Assembly: GCA_001949185.1 (NCBI GenBank) | Contig: BDGG01000001.1 | Location: forward strand, 8,279,220 to 8,343,066 | Source of the DNA: Ramazzottius varieornatus | Taxonomy: Eukaryota; Animalia; Tardigrada | Reading direction: 5' to 3' | Length of the DNA stretch: 63,847 bases | Part shown: positions 39,829 to 53,271 of the stretch, piece by piece | How positions within the stretch are numbered: the stretch's first letter is position 1 | How the letters are laid out: every line of letters begins with the position of its first letter | Translations under genes and position numbers: made by a program | Notes under the pieces: generated by a model | Databases searched by the model: none | Told to the model about the DNA's origin: nothing | What the model saw: only the letters and a program-made list of their open reading frames with translations

Positions 39829-40506
39829 TCTATCACGCGAAGACGGTCACACTGCCTTATCTGTCTCAACCTGGAACGGAAGAGACACTTTTGCGAGCAT
39901 GAGTTCGGATGGCTTTTGATCACCAGCCAAGCAGGCAACTTACCCGTTCAATCCGTCCTCACACGGTTTCCCACCGGTACTGGGCTGATATGTGATAGGA
40001 AGAGGCGAGAACTTCTTCGGCTACTCGCATCTTTCGAGTAGTCCGCACTAAATATTCAGCAGTGAAGTAACCGTGAAGAGGTACTGGTTGAAGCCTCGAA
40101 GGAAGGATGAAACGGGGAAATTTAAGACTGTGACACTGTGGCCTGCAAGTACCGGGAAGGAATTGTGCTGTATCACACTGCTAAGCCTGGGATGGGAAGC
40201 CGTCTGGTGGAAGGGGCTCCATTGTTTACGATTGGTGGGCCATGCCGTGCCGACCATCTGTCGTAATGTCATCAGCTGTTTCTTCCGGAAGCGGGGGAAG
40301 GGGAAGCCCAAGATTTCTTCTCGATTCCTTCCGAATCCTTGCCTATTCTGTGACGGAATTCCGGAAACCTCTTTTCACAATTATACATCAAGCCTCAAAG
40401 CCCCGAACGACGCTAGGACTGTGGAAGTCAGACCGTTCTTCACGACATGGACGCCACGCCGAGCATGACCGCGCCAATTGTGACATCCACTCAGCTATCC
40501 AAGAAC

Positions 40507-42024
40507 ATGAGCACGAAAGTGTTCAGCGACTCAGCCAAGAAGCAGAAGAAGAAAGCTGCCAAGATGCTCTTGGGAAGCTTCGAAGGACTCCAACCTCAAT
40601 GGTAAGCTAACTTAGACCGCCTACTAATAGGGTTTGTCCGGTCACTCCGATGAACGCGACCGGAAGTGAGAGTGACGATATCATAGTCGTTTCTTGCACC
40701 CACAATGCAAAGTGAACTTGCACTGAATTATGTCGTTTTATTTCTTGTAGGCCACCTATATCCAAAGAAGCTCAGCAAAAAACTATGTTCATCCTGTCAA
40801 AGTACGAACGATTATGCAAGCAAACAAGAAGATCGTTTTCTCAGGTGGCGCACGGCCACAGCTAGTAATATTGAAATATGCTCCACTTGGCTGAACAGTC
40901 TTGTCCACTTTGTTCGCTGAGCTTCCAATGTTCTTCTTCTAAGTTGTAATCCCTTCTGTACGTTCTCCTATTTAGTTTCTTCGCGGAACGAAACTTCAAG
41001 ATGCTGTCCACTAAAGAAAAGACGTTCATGAAACGAGAACACGTAGAAGATGAAGATGAACCGAGAGCCGAGAAGCTACGAGCTCAAGAAAAGTCCGCCG
41101 AGTACGAAGAGTATCAAGAATTAAAAGAAAATATTTCGTCTGACAAAAGTTACCATAATTATGGTTTGTTGGACGTTTTACAGATTACTGAGGCCGGAAC
41201 TGGTCTTCGGCATTAACGGAGTGACGAGAAGTCTAGAAAAAGACACGCTCTGTCTGGTCATCGCCGACCGTTCGGTCAAGCCCTTCTCCATGATCAGCCA
41301 TCTTGTCGGCTTGGCTGCAAGCCGCAAATGTCCAGCCGTCGCCGTTGAAAACCTGGCTACGAAAGTCGGGAACGAGATCGGTGTCACTTCCCTCGTTGCT
41401 TTCGGGTTCAAAGTACTTAATGTTGTCTTCGAGAAAATAGTGAACAGAGAAAGGACGATTCCCAAACAAACTCGGCAACCTTTTTTCCCGAAGCGGCGCA
41501 AGTTTCTAGTTGTTGGCTAAAGCGTGCGCCACCTGGAAAAATAATATTGCCGAGCATGTTTGCATTCCTAAGCGGCGAAAGCTCACAGTGTTGTTGGCTG
41601 AGGAAACGATCATTTCGAGTACTTTCGCTCAGAACTTGATTACCGTTTTCCCTTACAGAGAGTTTCTCCTTCCTGCCGAACAGTGGTGACAGCTGTCTTG
41701 TCACTGCTGGGAATCTCTGCTACCGACATCTTCAGACTTCCCGAGCCCTTTCCGAAAGATGGGCTGGGTACTCAGCTGAACGAGCAGCTGAAGATCGAAG
41801 AAAAGCCGGAAGTACCGAAGGAAGTCAGTAGAAGAAGTCAGGCGTACAAGCCGCTGTTGATCAAGTCCCAGTTTAAAGACCCGGAAAGGGCTCAGAAACT
41901 GGTCAAACGTCAGAAGAAGACACCAGCGGTCATGAGTGTTACTGAAACGAATACTAAGAAGAGAAAGGCCAAGACTGTTAAAATAGGCAAGAAGCATCGA
42001 AAGTCTCTAACGACAACCTCATAG
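40507..42024 (+). CDS. RPP38: L7Ae-domain protein, RNase P/MRP subunit p38-like
   Basis: LRPELVFGINGVTRSLEKDTLCLVIADRSVKP...SHLVGLAASR.CPAVAV..L....GVTSLVAFGFK, plus a basic C-terminus. Confidence 0.7.
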
Positions 42025-42369
42025 ACCTGCATACCGATTTTGTACAGTAGCTTCTTTGCTGACATTTTGCCACTCGACTATCACAGTATTCGATTATACA
42101 AATAAGTGATAAAACCAGAAAAGAAGTATGAAATCACAAATCAGTTCAAATCACAAAAATTAAACATTAGATGGACACATTCTTCCGTTTAAAACTCGAA
42201 GAAAATTAGGGTATCCAAGGAAAAGCGATCTGACGTCGGTCTCACAAGCCGATAACTCCTGGGCGTTCTCGGTATTTCTTTTACTCACGGCTCTCTCATG
42301 TGGCTACGCGGTGTCTAGGAGCGTTCTTCCGTGTCGGACCGGCATATGTTTGGTGTCGAGTGACAGTTT

Positions 42370-44556
42370 CTAGAGAACTTGGCTGAGGTCGAACGCTTTA
42401 ACCGGATCACCGGTTCTCAGCTCCAGCTCTTTCTTGAAGTAAGCCACTGTCTTCCGCAGACCATCTGCTAACGAAACCTGTAGAAGTAATCGTTGAATAC
42501 AGAATCGACAAGGCAGAAACATAAACGACATTTCAGGAAAGAAACGACTACTACTAGTATCCTTCCAAGTGGCGCGCCTTCCCCCCAAAAAGACTGAAGG
42601 CACGCGCCACGTGAGAAGATAATCCAAATCGACAGAATGTGTTGTTTCAGGTGGCGCAGGCTTCCAGCCAATAACAATGATACTGTGCGCCACTAAGGGA
42701 AACAATCTTGCCAAGTTTATTTGGTCAACTCCCGGTGTTTGATTTACCCTTGGTTTCCAACCGAGGACTTTGTTGGCCAAAGAGATGTCAGGTTTTCGCC
42801 TTTTAGGGTCGTCCATGACGGCCTTCTTGTTGACGATGGAATTCTTGCCGCCCACCACATCGCGAATCATCTCGGCGAACTCTCGGATGGTGTGTTCTTC
42901 GGGGTTGCCCAGGTTGACTGGCTGGGAGTAGTTGCTGTTCATGAGGAGAATGAGGCCATCAACGAGGTCGGAAACGTATTGGAAGGAACGAGTTTGCTGT
43001 CCATCACCGTAAATCTGGGAGAAAGCACCGTATCGAAAATATTTACAAACAATCGAAATTCAAAAATCCTGAATAATTCAGCAGAGAGAAACACAGCTGC
43101 ATTTACCGTCATAGGTTCGTTCTGGAGCGCTTGAAGGATGAAATTGCTGACGACTCTTCCATCATTCATATGCATCCGTGTGCCATACGTGTTGAAGATC
43201 CTGGCGACCCTCACCGCCACATTCTCCTGCTTGGCGTATGAGTAGCAGAGCGTTTCAGCTACCCGCTTACCCTCGTCGTAACAGGCGCGAGGTCCGATGG
43301 GGTTGACATGACCCCAGTACGTCTCAGCCTGAGAACTGTCACAATTCGGTAAGTTGTAGATGGCCAAGAAAGTTCCGCTCACCTGTGGATGGACTTCCGG
43401 GTCGCCGTAGACCTCACTGGTCGAGGCCAAGAGCAGCGTAGCTCGCGTCCGTTTGGCCAGGCCGAGCATGTTGATGGTGCCTACCGTGTTAGTCTTGATC
43501 GTCTTGACGGGGTTGTACATGTAGTGAGGAGGAGAAGCGGGCGACGCTAGATGGTAAACTTGGTCCACTAAAAAACAGGAAAACAAAAATAAGGTGTAAC
43601 AAGTAGAAGTCCGGCAGACAAGCTCCAGAAGACTGTTTCCCCAAGTGGCGCACATCGACAGTGTAATCGGCTAAAAGCATACGCCACTTGGGAAGACGAT
43701 TTCGACGAGTTTTCCCAAGCGGCGCAATCTCTCAGTGTTCTTGGCTGAAAGCGTGCGCCAGTTGAAGACCGATCTTGCCGAGCTCGAACTACGCTTTGAA
43801 ATTCAAAAAGTCCACGAGCTTTTAATTTGATTACCAAATATGATATTTAAGAAAGCATAGTTGCACCTTCGATAAAGAGGGGGTTGACGATATCGTGGTG
43901 GATCAGCTCAAAATTCTCGTGGCCGATCCAGTGCCCGACGTTCTTTTTCCGGCCGGTGAAGTAATTGTCCACCACGATCACTTCATGCCCGTCTACCATG
44001 AGACGATCAACCAAGTGAGACCCTACGAAGCCCGCACCACCAGTCACCTGCAAAGCCAAACCATGGTAGTGACATGGAGACGATCTAGAGCAGATAATAT
44101 CCCTTACAAGAATTCGTTTCCGGTCTTTGTAATTCAACTTCCGTACTTCGACAAATTCGTGCTTGGCCCCACTCTGTAGGTTTTCGATCTTCTTCTCCAG
44201 TGCGGCAATTCGGAACTCGTGCTCATCATTTTCCTTCCTGTTGAAACGCCAACACGCCCATTGAGAATATTAATCGCTATCGTTTTTCCGAGTGGCGCCC
44301 GTCCCCAGCCTATAATACTGAAAACGTGCGCCACTTGGATGAAGAGTATTTTGAAGTGACAAAAATTGCCACCTTACCTGACAGTTGGGTCGGACGCACA
44401 GAACGCTACCATGAGCAATCCTTCAAACAACAAAATGTAAACGTGATTTCCACGAAGCATGATCAGTGTTTCAGAAAGTTAGAAGGTACCTGTTAGAGAG
44501 GTGACGGCGATCGCGGCGAAGAAGACAGTCTTCAACGATAGATGTTTCACCATCAT
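42370..44556 (-). CDS. UXS1: UDP-glucuronic acid decarboxylase (UDP-xylose synthase)
   Basis: [73 protein letters not shown]; N-terminal TM segment. Confidence 0.97.
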
Positions 44557-44953
44557 CCTGTTTTCGCAGCTTACAATGAGCCACGACAGATGTTTCCGCT
44601 AGATGTAGCGCCCTCGGAATAAGGTCTGTCCACATGACCGATCAAACGAGAACCCGTGAAACATGTCGCTCTCCACAGAGCGGAACGAAGCTCAAATCGA
44701 GAGAAAGAAACGAGAAACGTAAAATTCAGACAACCAAAACAAGAAAATATGTTATAGAAGGAAGATTGCGATCAAAGCTAGTTTTGCACCGTGGTTTATC
44801 GCAATGTTTGTCAACGGTGTTTGATTTTAAAATTGAATTTTCATTTATTTCCAGAGTGTTTCCGTTTCATATTCTTCTTTCTGCGGAAAATTTCCTGGCT
44901 GTCTTCCTGTTGCTCGTCCCGGGGTTCGACTTATTGGCTAAGCAAGTTGAGGA

Positions 44954-45977
44954 ATGACGACTGCGGCTCGGCCAACTTTTAACCCCGCTGTGGGAGGAAC
45001 ACAGAAGAACGAAGGAAACTTGGCCTACCATTCCGTCCAGTACAGCTCCCAAGATCTACCTTCCCACAAGAAACTCAAACACAGGTACTGTACTCTCTCT
45101 GTTCTTCCCTGAGTGCATAGGTCTGACTATGCTTTCACTGACAGGCAGTCAGGTCAAGGCACAATCGAAGAAGTTCGCCAACGGAACTTTCGAGAAGAGC
45201 TCGAGGATCGCGAACAACGTCATAAGTCTGGCAGGAAAGATGGAGCTTCTTCCCGAGGTTAATATTCCCTTCTTAACGATGGTTTCGCAGGATTACGAAA
45301 GCTTTGTGTGTGTTTCAGATGAGCCAAGCTACGGAGGAGCGCCTCTCTCGATTGAATCGTCTACTAAACGCCCGAGACCTGATGCTCCTGTTTCCCTGAT
45401 CAACTTGGACGCTGACGAGCCTCTCAACAACGCCAACGACGATACAGATGACGAAGACCAGGATGATACTGCTGAGTTGATGGCTGAACTCAACAGAATA
45501 AAGAAGGAACGAGAAGCCGAGCAGGTATGTCAGTTACAGCTCCATCTGAATCGAAGTACAGTTTGGGCACGCACTTGGATACCCAAAGCCTGTTACTCGA
45601 CCGGTCAGCTGTATGCAGGTTTCTGATGGTCGAACACCTGCATACAAGGAAGTGTCCTTTTTGATGCAGTTGGTTGTATGGAAGGTCTGTGACGGTTATC
45701 GTGCTGATCGGGTTGATTATTGATTGATCTGTAGGCGAAGAAGAATGAAGCAAAGCGCATCGAAGACGAGAAAATTCGGATGGAGAACCTGCTTCACGGG
45801 AACCCCCTACTGGCCAAGAAGGCAGGTGACTTTACTGTCAAACGACGCTGGGACGACGATGTCGTCTTCAAGAACTGCGCCAAAGGCCAAGACGACAAGA
45901 ACAAAGCCAAGAACTTCATCAACGACTCACTTCGATCCGAATTCCACAAGAAATTCATGGATCGATACATCAAATGA
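44954..45977 (+). CDS. CWC15: Spliceosome-associated protein CWC15
   Basis: [85 protein letters not shown]. Confidence 0.97.
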
Positions 45978-46121
45978 AACCATTCACCTATGTAAAGAAC
46001 TAAAAGCTAAGAAAATGTTCTAATGAACAAACGCAGTTAAAAAGGAAGAAAGACAGTTAAAATGACAAAGACTAACAACATTTATGTACACAAACGGGGA
46101 AAGATTTTCATCACCGTGTTT

Positions 46122-49100
46122 TCACGACTTTGACTCTTTGTCCTTGTTGGGATCTTCTTGATCGATGTTTCTGAGCATATTTTCATCACTGAACTTCTGT
46201 AGATGGTCTAGCAGCATTTCGTTGGCTGTTAGGAGACTGAAATCAACCGAAGTTAAACTTGCGATACTCTCGCTGTCGTTGGGATCGTCATCTTCCTGGT
46301 TCGTGGCCCATTCAGCGAAGACGTCGTCGGTTTCCTCGCTGATGGTCCTTGTCCGTCTTTGGCTCTGTAGATCTTGAAGGGACAGCTGGATGGCTAGATC
46401 GAGGGCTGGATCACTTCCGCTGGGCGTTGGTTGAATTTCTGTCAATGAAAAATAATACTCGAGTAAATTCATTTCCCGTTCCACTCACCCATTTCAACTC
46501 GCGCACAAGTCCAGATAGTTTACTGCTCATGCGCGCAGGTCAGCAAAGTGGCCAAACACGCTGTGACCCAGCAAACTTGCGCATAAAATTCTTTATTGTA
46601 CCGTGGATGCGCGCTAGTTCACAAGACAAAGAAGGCTTTGGGAAAAATCTGCGGTAAGCGGAGTGGTTCAAAAAGTTGGCTACGCTTTCCTTACCTGCGG
46701 CAAGCAGTTTTAGCGGTGAACTTGATTCTTCGCCAGAGGAACTGGAAGAGAAAGACGACGCTCGGTTCTCCAAGTCCCGCTGCATCTGCAACCGTGATAG
46801 CTCCATGGCTATTAGAAGGTCCAACTTGTGCGAAGCCCGTTCACCGGAAGTGGTGGAGGTCGAAGGTTCTATAATACCATCATTCGTCTCATTACGGGTA
46901 CACTACTAAAACATCTTGCAATGTTTCTGGTTCCCCTTTTTGGGCTCTAGAAATAAGCAAACTTTACCTTGGTCGTCGATAAGGGCTGAAGCGGTCTCCC
47001 GTGCCAGGCTTTCGTGAAGTTTGTTACACCGGTACGAGCAATGACGATGAAAGATTTCCGTTCTTGGGTTCCTAACACACGGTCGACTGCATCCTGGACG
47101 AGCACAAGTGTTGCCTGAAATGAAGCAAAAATCCGTCGCCCTCGATATCTCAAAAATCGACATGAAACCGCAGAAAGTAGATATCACCTTCTACGGTACC
47201 GTAGACGGAAGTAGCAAAGAAGGAGGCAACGTCCTCATTCTCTTCGTATTCTGGCCAGTCATACAGCGCAGCCACATTAGCATGACGTCCGCGCTTGTCA
47301 ATCACCCAGGCGTTCTTCCCATCCAACATGGGCAGATCGGTCCCCGAAGCGCTATTACCTTCTTGTAGAACCTAAAAAAACAGAAAGAAACTCTTCAAAA
47401 ACAGGAAAACCCCGACTCTGGACGGTAGAATAGTGAAATCACAGAATTTCCCACCACATGCATACAAATAACTAGTGACACGCAGCAAAGATCTGTGTGC
47501 AGGTTCATGACAAAGCTGTTAACTTAAAGCTTAACCTGCATACAGATTACCAGTGGAACATGCGACCAGTCCGTATGCAGGTACGTGAGTGGATCATCAG
47601 CATTTTCGAAAAAGTTCGACCCAAAAGCTAAACCAATTACCACGTCGTCGAAGTCCATGCCGAAGAGTCCCGGCAAGTGTCTCTTCCTCTTCTTCCTGAT
47701 ACTGGGTGGCGTTTCGGGTATGATGAGACCTTTGCTGACAGCGACCACGAACTCGTGTCGTTTCCGTCGGACCAGCCTTGTTGCTCTCAGCACATCCTCC
47801 TTACAGGTCCGCAGGTATCTCACGGATATCATCTGGTCCAGCTTGTCGACGGCGGTCTCCAGTTCAGTCTGCATATACTCGAACAAAACGCGGTGGTCCT
47901 CGAGGTAGTACGCGTAAACGTACGAGCCTTTGAGGACTTTTCGGGCTTTGAGGAGCTCGAAGGAGGCGTCACGGAGAAAGACCAGCTGGTCTTCGGGAAC
48001 TTGCATGAAAGCGGAAAGAAGCATGATCTTGGTTTCGGTGTTATCGATGAAGGGCATCGATCGCTGAAGAAGGGAAAAAAACGTTTGGAAGGTGGATACA
48101 CCGGCTAAGACATGGTGGTTGTCCCAGGTGGCACACAAAGTCGGCCAACAACACAGAGAACGTGCGCCACTTCAGAAAGCAATCGTATCAAGTGGCGCAT
48201 ACTACCAGCTAAAAATACCAAGGCCACGCGCCATTTGGAAGAACATATCTGAAAAGATCGTTTCTTCAAGTGGCGCAAACTAGCATACAATAACATCAGA
48301 AACGCAGTCACTTGGGAAAAAACATCCTGGTTTGCCGAAAGTAGCAGTAAGATGGTTAGATGCGACTCTCGACCTTCCCCCATTTGTTGGAAACTGGTCA
48401 AGATGCAGACTCAGAGAAGCAGTATGAACATGCGAACGGATCAGATCTCTGTTAAAGTTTGTTGAGACAGCATTACTGTTCCCCGAAACAAACTCGACCG
48501 CGGTGGCAATTGCATGCGATCCATAGTCATATCCGTTTTACTGTTGCTGGACTCTGGGGTAGTACGACAGAAATTCACATACTACAGGATGACCATTGCC
48601 GTAGCAACGGTGGGGAGCATTATTCCCTCCATTACAAAATCCCGGGGTGAAACGCCGGCTGTATCGCATCCCGGGAGAACCTAATCCCGTGCTACACATA
48701 TCCCGGGATGGATAAATACCGTGATTAATACAAAAAACCCGGGAGCATGAGATATCGGGGAACCCTAATCCCGTGCTACGTATATCCCGGGATCGACAAA
48801 TCCCGGGGTATGTACAAAATAACCGGGAGGTTGAAATCCCGGAGGAATTTGATCCCTGTGTTTTTGTTCAGACCACCTCTGGAAACCGTAAAGCTCATTT
48901 GAATTTTATACACCGACTGTGGCTTATATCAGCTGTGTGACTTCGTTTGAGACTTGAGGGTTCGCACTCCCTCTACCTATCAGGTTTCCTTCACACTGAC
49001 ATGTTTCGGACCAGCGCGCTGACTGCTGTTGTACCGAGTGCGACCGTTGTAAATCGAATTCGTCACTTCATCCGGATATCCTTCATTCGGCCTCATCGCC

Positions 49101-52100
49101 TATCCTCAAAACGCTTCTGCAGTTTTCTGTCGTTTTTGTTTTGTGACTCTTCGCCACTTACTCTGTTTGAGTTTCTCCTGCAACTGCTGTGGGACATTTA
49201 CAATGTCTGACGATAGTGTACTGTATTCCCCCGATATCTTCGCGAACCCCGTTACTCATGGCGCCACCTACATGTTGTACATCATCCATACATACGCGCC
49301 CTATCTGCCGTACGTCATTTACGTTTCGTAGGTGGCGCCATGGGTATCAGGCTTCGCGGAGATATCGGGGGAATACAGTAGTTGTAATGGCCAACGATAG
49401 CGATCTAGACTGCATGGGTGAGCTGAAATTGCCGTCTGTTCCCGCGGCTCCAGATAGCTCTGAAGTTTTGACGTTCATCAAGTCTCAAAAAGCTGGAAGG
49501 ATCGCTTTCTACGCTGCTCAAAGCTACAGCAAAAATCAGGCTCTGGCGCAGGGAAGAGTCGCGGGGGAGTGATCCCGAGATTTTAGTCCACCGGGATTTT
49601 CGAAAATTACCGGGATTTTCGAAAATTTCCGGGATTTGAGTTTTACGAGATTTGCTGTCACCGGCATTAGCTATGTCCGGGATTGTAGTTTAACGGGATA
49701 TTTTATGATTTCACGGGATCTGGGTTACCCGAGATTTACTGCCACCGGGATTGCATCGCGGAAATAATGGGTCACGGGATACTGGAATCCCGGGATTTCG
49801 AACCGGTACCGTAGCAACATCTTCTGTTAAGTGGGTTGCAATAAGTTGCCAATAACCTTACTGGGTATAAGTTAAGTATTCGTAATCAATTTCCAATTTC
49901 AGTGGGTACCAATAACTAAAGTGGGTTGCACTGGGTGACAATAACCATTTCCAAAAAGAAATCCTGAAAGATTTTCGACCGAGCATTTTTCGACTAACCT
50001 TCAAAGCGTCGTCGCAGCTCTTAAACTTGCCGTAGTATTGGACAAAGCGGTTGAGTTCGTTCAGCCGTCGGTTCTTTTCTTCGGCAGCACTGATGAGCTT
50101 GCCGGCTTCTCCTTGGGCCTTGTTGACAGCGTCGAACCTTGTGCACCGGAAGTACCCGCCAGTCGCTGTGTTGTGCTTCTTCCAGGCTTCTGAGCAAATC
50201 CAGCAGAAGTCGTGCTTGCACTTTAGACACTTCATATGGTTACAACCTACCCGCAAAATCCAACCCTTCAATTTTGGACACCACGAACATTTTAGAAAAT
50301 TGACCAAAATATTCAAAATATATCCCTTGCCCAAAATTTGCCAAAAAATAGTACCGTCGGTTTTCTGAATGGGCGATTTGCATCCCGGACAAGGCTTCGA
50401 ATTTGTCACCAGCCACTGAAAAATGGAAGCGTCAGCTGAAATTTATGTGCTGTAATTATGAAAACTCTGCGAATAGACGCCACTCGGTATGACTGTTTTC
50501 TAGAGGGGCGCATGTTTGCAGTGTTATTGGCTGAAAGCGTGCGCCAATTGGAGAAAACGCTCTTGTCGAGTTGTTTGCCTAGAGCTCGTATCATGTCGAT
50601 TATTGAGTCGATGTTCACGTGGAGCTATGGATCAACTTACGAGCGAGTTAGCAGCTTCTTCGAGCGCTTCGCGAGTTCCGCGGACTGTAAAGAAGGCGTC
50701 GTTATGATCGCTATCAGTGATTATAGCTGGGTATTACGTGGCTAATCATGCGCGACTGTTTAATGGTCTCTTACTTTCTTCTGGTTTAACATCGACGATG
50801 CGCTGGTGCCACTCGCCCCACTTGCCACAGCTGCATGGCTCGTGCGCGTCGCCCGCACAGCCCCAGCAGAAGTAATGACCGTTACCGCAGTCAACTGCCT
50901 GCGAAGTTTCCAACGGTGGCTTCATATGCGGGACAGGAACGATGTTTGGAACGGGCACTTCCGGTCGACAGACTGCGCGACCACAACCCGCGAAGGGACA
51001 CCACTTCATGCTCGGGTTACTCTCTACAAACGCCTATCACAAAGAGCAATGATATCCTGAACTGAGACATCGAAATACCCAACAAAACACATCAGGCTAT
51101 CGGAAGCAAGGATAAATCTGAATAAACGGAAGCTCGACAGACAAGCTCGGCAAGATTGTCTACCCCAGTGGCGCGCGTTTCCTCTGTATTCCGCCGAAAG
51201 CGTGCGCCACTTGGAAAGACAATCTTGACGAGTTTGTTTGTCGAGCTCTGAAATTTCGATTTAAGTTTTTTGAATGAAAGAAATACTGTAATGTGCGTAA
51301 AGCATTTTGAATGTAAGAAAACAGACAAACCTCAATGTCGAACTGAAGGTATTTTCTGGCCACATCGCGAGAAATCAAACCTTCGACCACATCACAAGGA
51401 ACCAAGATTGAGCAGGCGAAGTCGGGACAAGTAATCGGGTAGATTTGACCAGTTTCAATCTTGATGGTCAAATACCTACAAAATCCACAAACCCATACAA
51501 TGAGAAACAAGGACGGAGACTTGCTGGGAATATGGATACTTACTCTCTCCAGCAAGTGCGACAAAAGTCATGTTCGCAGGCCAAGTATACGGGTTCTTCG
51601 TCCTGAGGAACCTCGTTGGCGCAGATGGTACACTACGGAACACAATTCAATTACGGAAATCATCCCTTAACAAAATGAGACTCTGTAGCGGAGGCCTGCG
51701 TCGCTTACCATTGTGTTGAGTTTTCTGATGAGGACACGCTTGGGACTTCCCAGTTCCAGGTCGGGCGAATCCACAGCTGAGAACTTCTTGCGTCTGCGTA
51801 GGCTCTCCGGAGGTTTCACCCCGGCATTCGTGCAACACAACACGGCGTTACTTAACCATGCGTCAAGCAAGGTCTGTCGAGACCATTCTAGAACGGATAA
51901 GCACATATTCGGAACGCTGACATGAGACTTGAAACGAGCGTTCTGCCAAGCGGCGCACACAGTCATTCATCCACACTGGAAAAGTGCGCCACCTGGGAAA
52001 ACAATCAAACTGGATAGAATCGTCTTCCCAAGTGGCGCACGGTTTCAGCCAAGAACAGCGCAGACTCGCGCCACTTAAGATAATTCGAACTTACGAAAGG

Positions 52101-53271
52101 TTCGAAGGAGCGCCTCCGCTGTGAAGAGTGGAACATGCAGCATGTCGGAAGTCTCCACCACCAACTGATCCTTCTTATGCTGAATTTCCTGAGCTTTCAT
52201 CCCGTCGAAGGTCTAAAGAACAAGCTCAACAACCCATTAAAATGAAATCTCGGTATTAGGAGTTTAGGAAAGGATTTTACCGCTGTATGGTTGATGGCCC
52301 AGTCTTCCACTTCTTCCTCGTCCGGGTTTTGCGATGTCAAAACGAGTATCTTCGACTCCAGATACCTCGCCACCGATTCTTGCCCGTATCGGTCGGCTGT
52401 GTCGATGGGTGTATCACCTACATCGTTCTTTGCTCGGAGCATTTCGGGAAGTTCACTCACGATTTCCTGAATCGCAAAGTAAGAAATTAATACTATTCAC
52501 ATCACAAATGATGCGGCAGTTCATCTGGATCACAAACAAATGTCGGTGGAAATCCTGTGCCCATAATCAGGGAAGAGAACGACACACCAACCTCGGCAAG
52601 TTCCAAAAATCCATGAGCGGCTGCGTTATGAAGAGGAGTATTCCCATGCTGGGAAAAAACCACAAAAAGAAACAACTGCAAAAGACTAAAAAGAAACAAA
52701 TATCTTGAGATCGTTTTTCCAAGTCACGCACGTTTCCAGTTAACTCACTGAAAACATGCGCCACTTAGAAAACAAGTTTTCTAGAAATAATCTGGTTTAA
52801 TTCGCGCCTACCAGATCTTTAGCCAAGTAGGCTTCCCGAACGGCTACCACACCGTCTATGGTTCCTCTCGAAGTCAAGATCAACTTCAAGCATTTATGTT
52901 TCGTATCGCCGCGGTACTGCGGATGGTCCTTCAGCAGCCACGACGGCAGGCGACACAGGCAGTGCAACGGATTCTCCTGCAGCGCGTTGGTACGGGCTAA
53001 GTCCACCGGATACTCGTTCAAAAACGTCCTGCGAAGAGATCACAACTTCATAACTCATTTGGGCGGAAAAGGAGGGAAACATGTACCTCATCAGCGTCTC
53101 CATTCCATGTAGACAGACCAGGTGGAATGGTGAGCAGCCATCATTCTTCTCATAATTCTCTCGGATGTCCAAACGCTTCCGAAACTCATCGTGGGCTTTG
53201 AGTAACTCCAAAGCACCTGGCTCGTCACCTTGGCTCAGCCTCTTGCGGAGTTGAGAGCGATGATTACCCAT
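46122..53271 (-). CDS. ANKIB1: Ankyrin repeat and IBR domain-containing RBR E3 ligase
   Basis: MGN..LRK.L..GDE start, ankyrin repeats ([12 protein letters not shown]), RING1, IBR ([12 protein letters not shown]...[10 protein letters not shown]...HEPC), RING2 ([31 protein letters not shown]), Ariadne domain, UIM-like LAIQLSLQD. Confidence 0.9.
48609..49808. mobile_element. 1.2-kb non-autonomous Mutator/foldback-like element in an ANKIB1 intron
   Basis: Direct repeat CCGTAGCAAC at 48599-48608 and 49809-49818; ATCCCG arrays at the left end mirrored by CGGGAT arrays at the right end; internal FLYWCH-like fragment [22 protein letters not shown]. Confidence 0.75.

Larger units (their letters stand above)
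11757..46618. repeat. Dispersed inverted-motif class C (ACTYGCGCAY-N24-RYGCGCRAGT)
   Basis: Doublets at 11757/11827, ~22764/22836 and 46497/46575. Confidence 0.75.
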
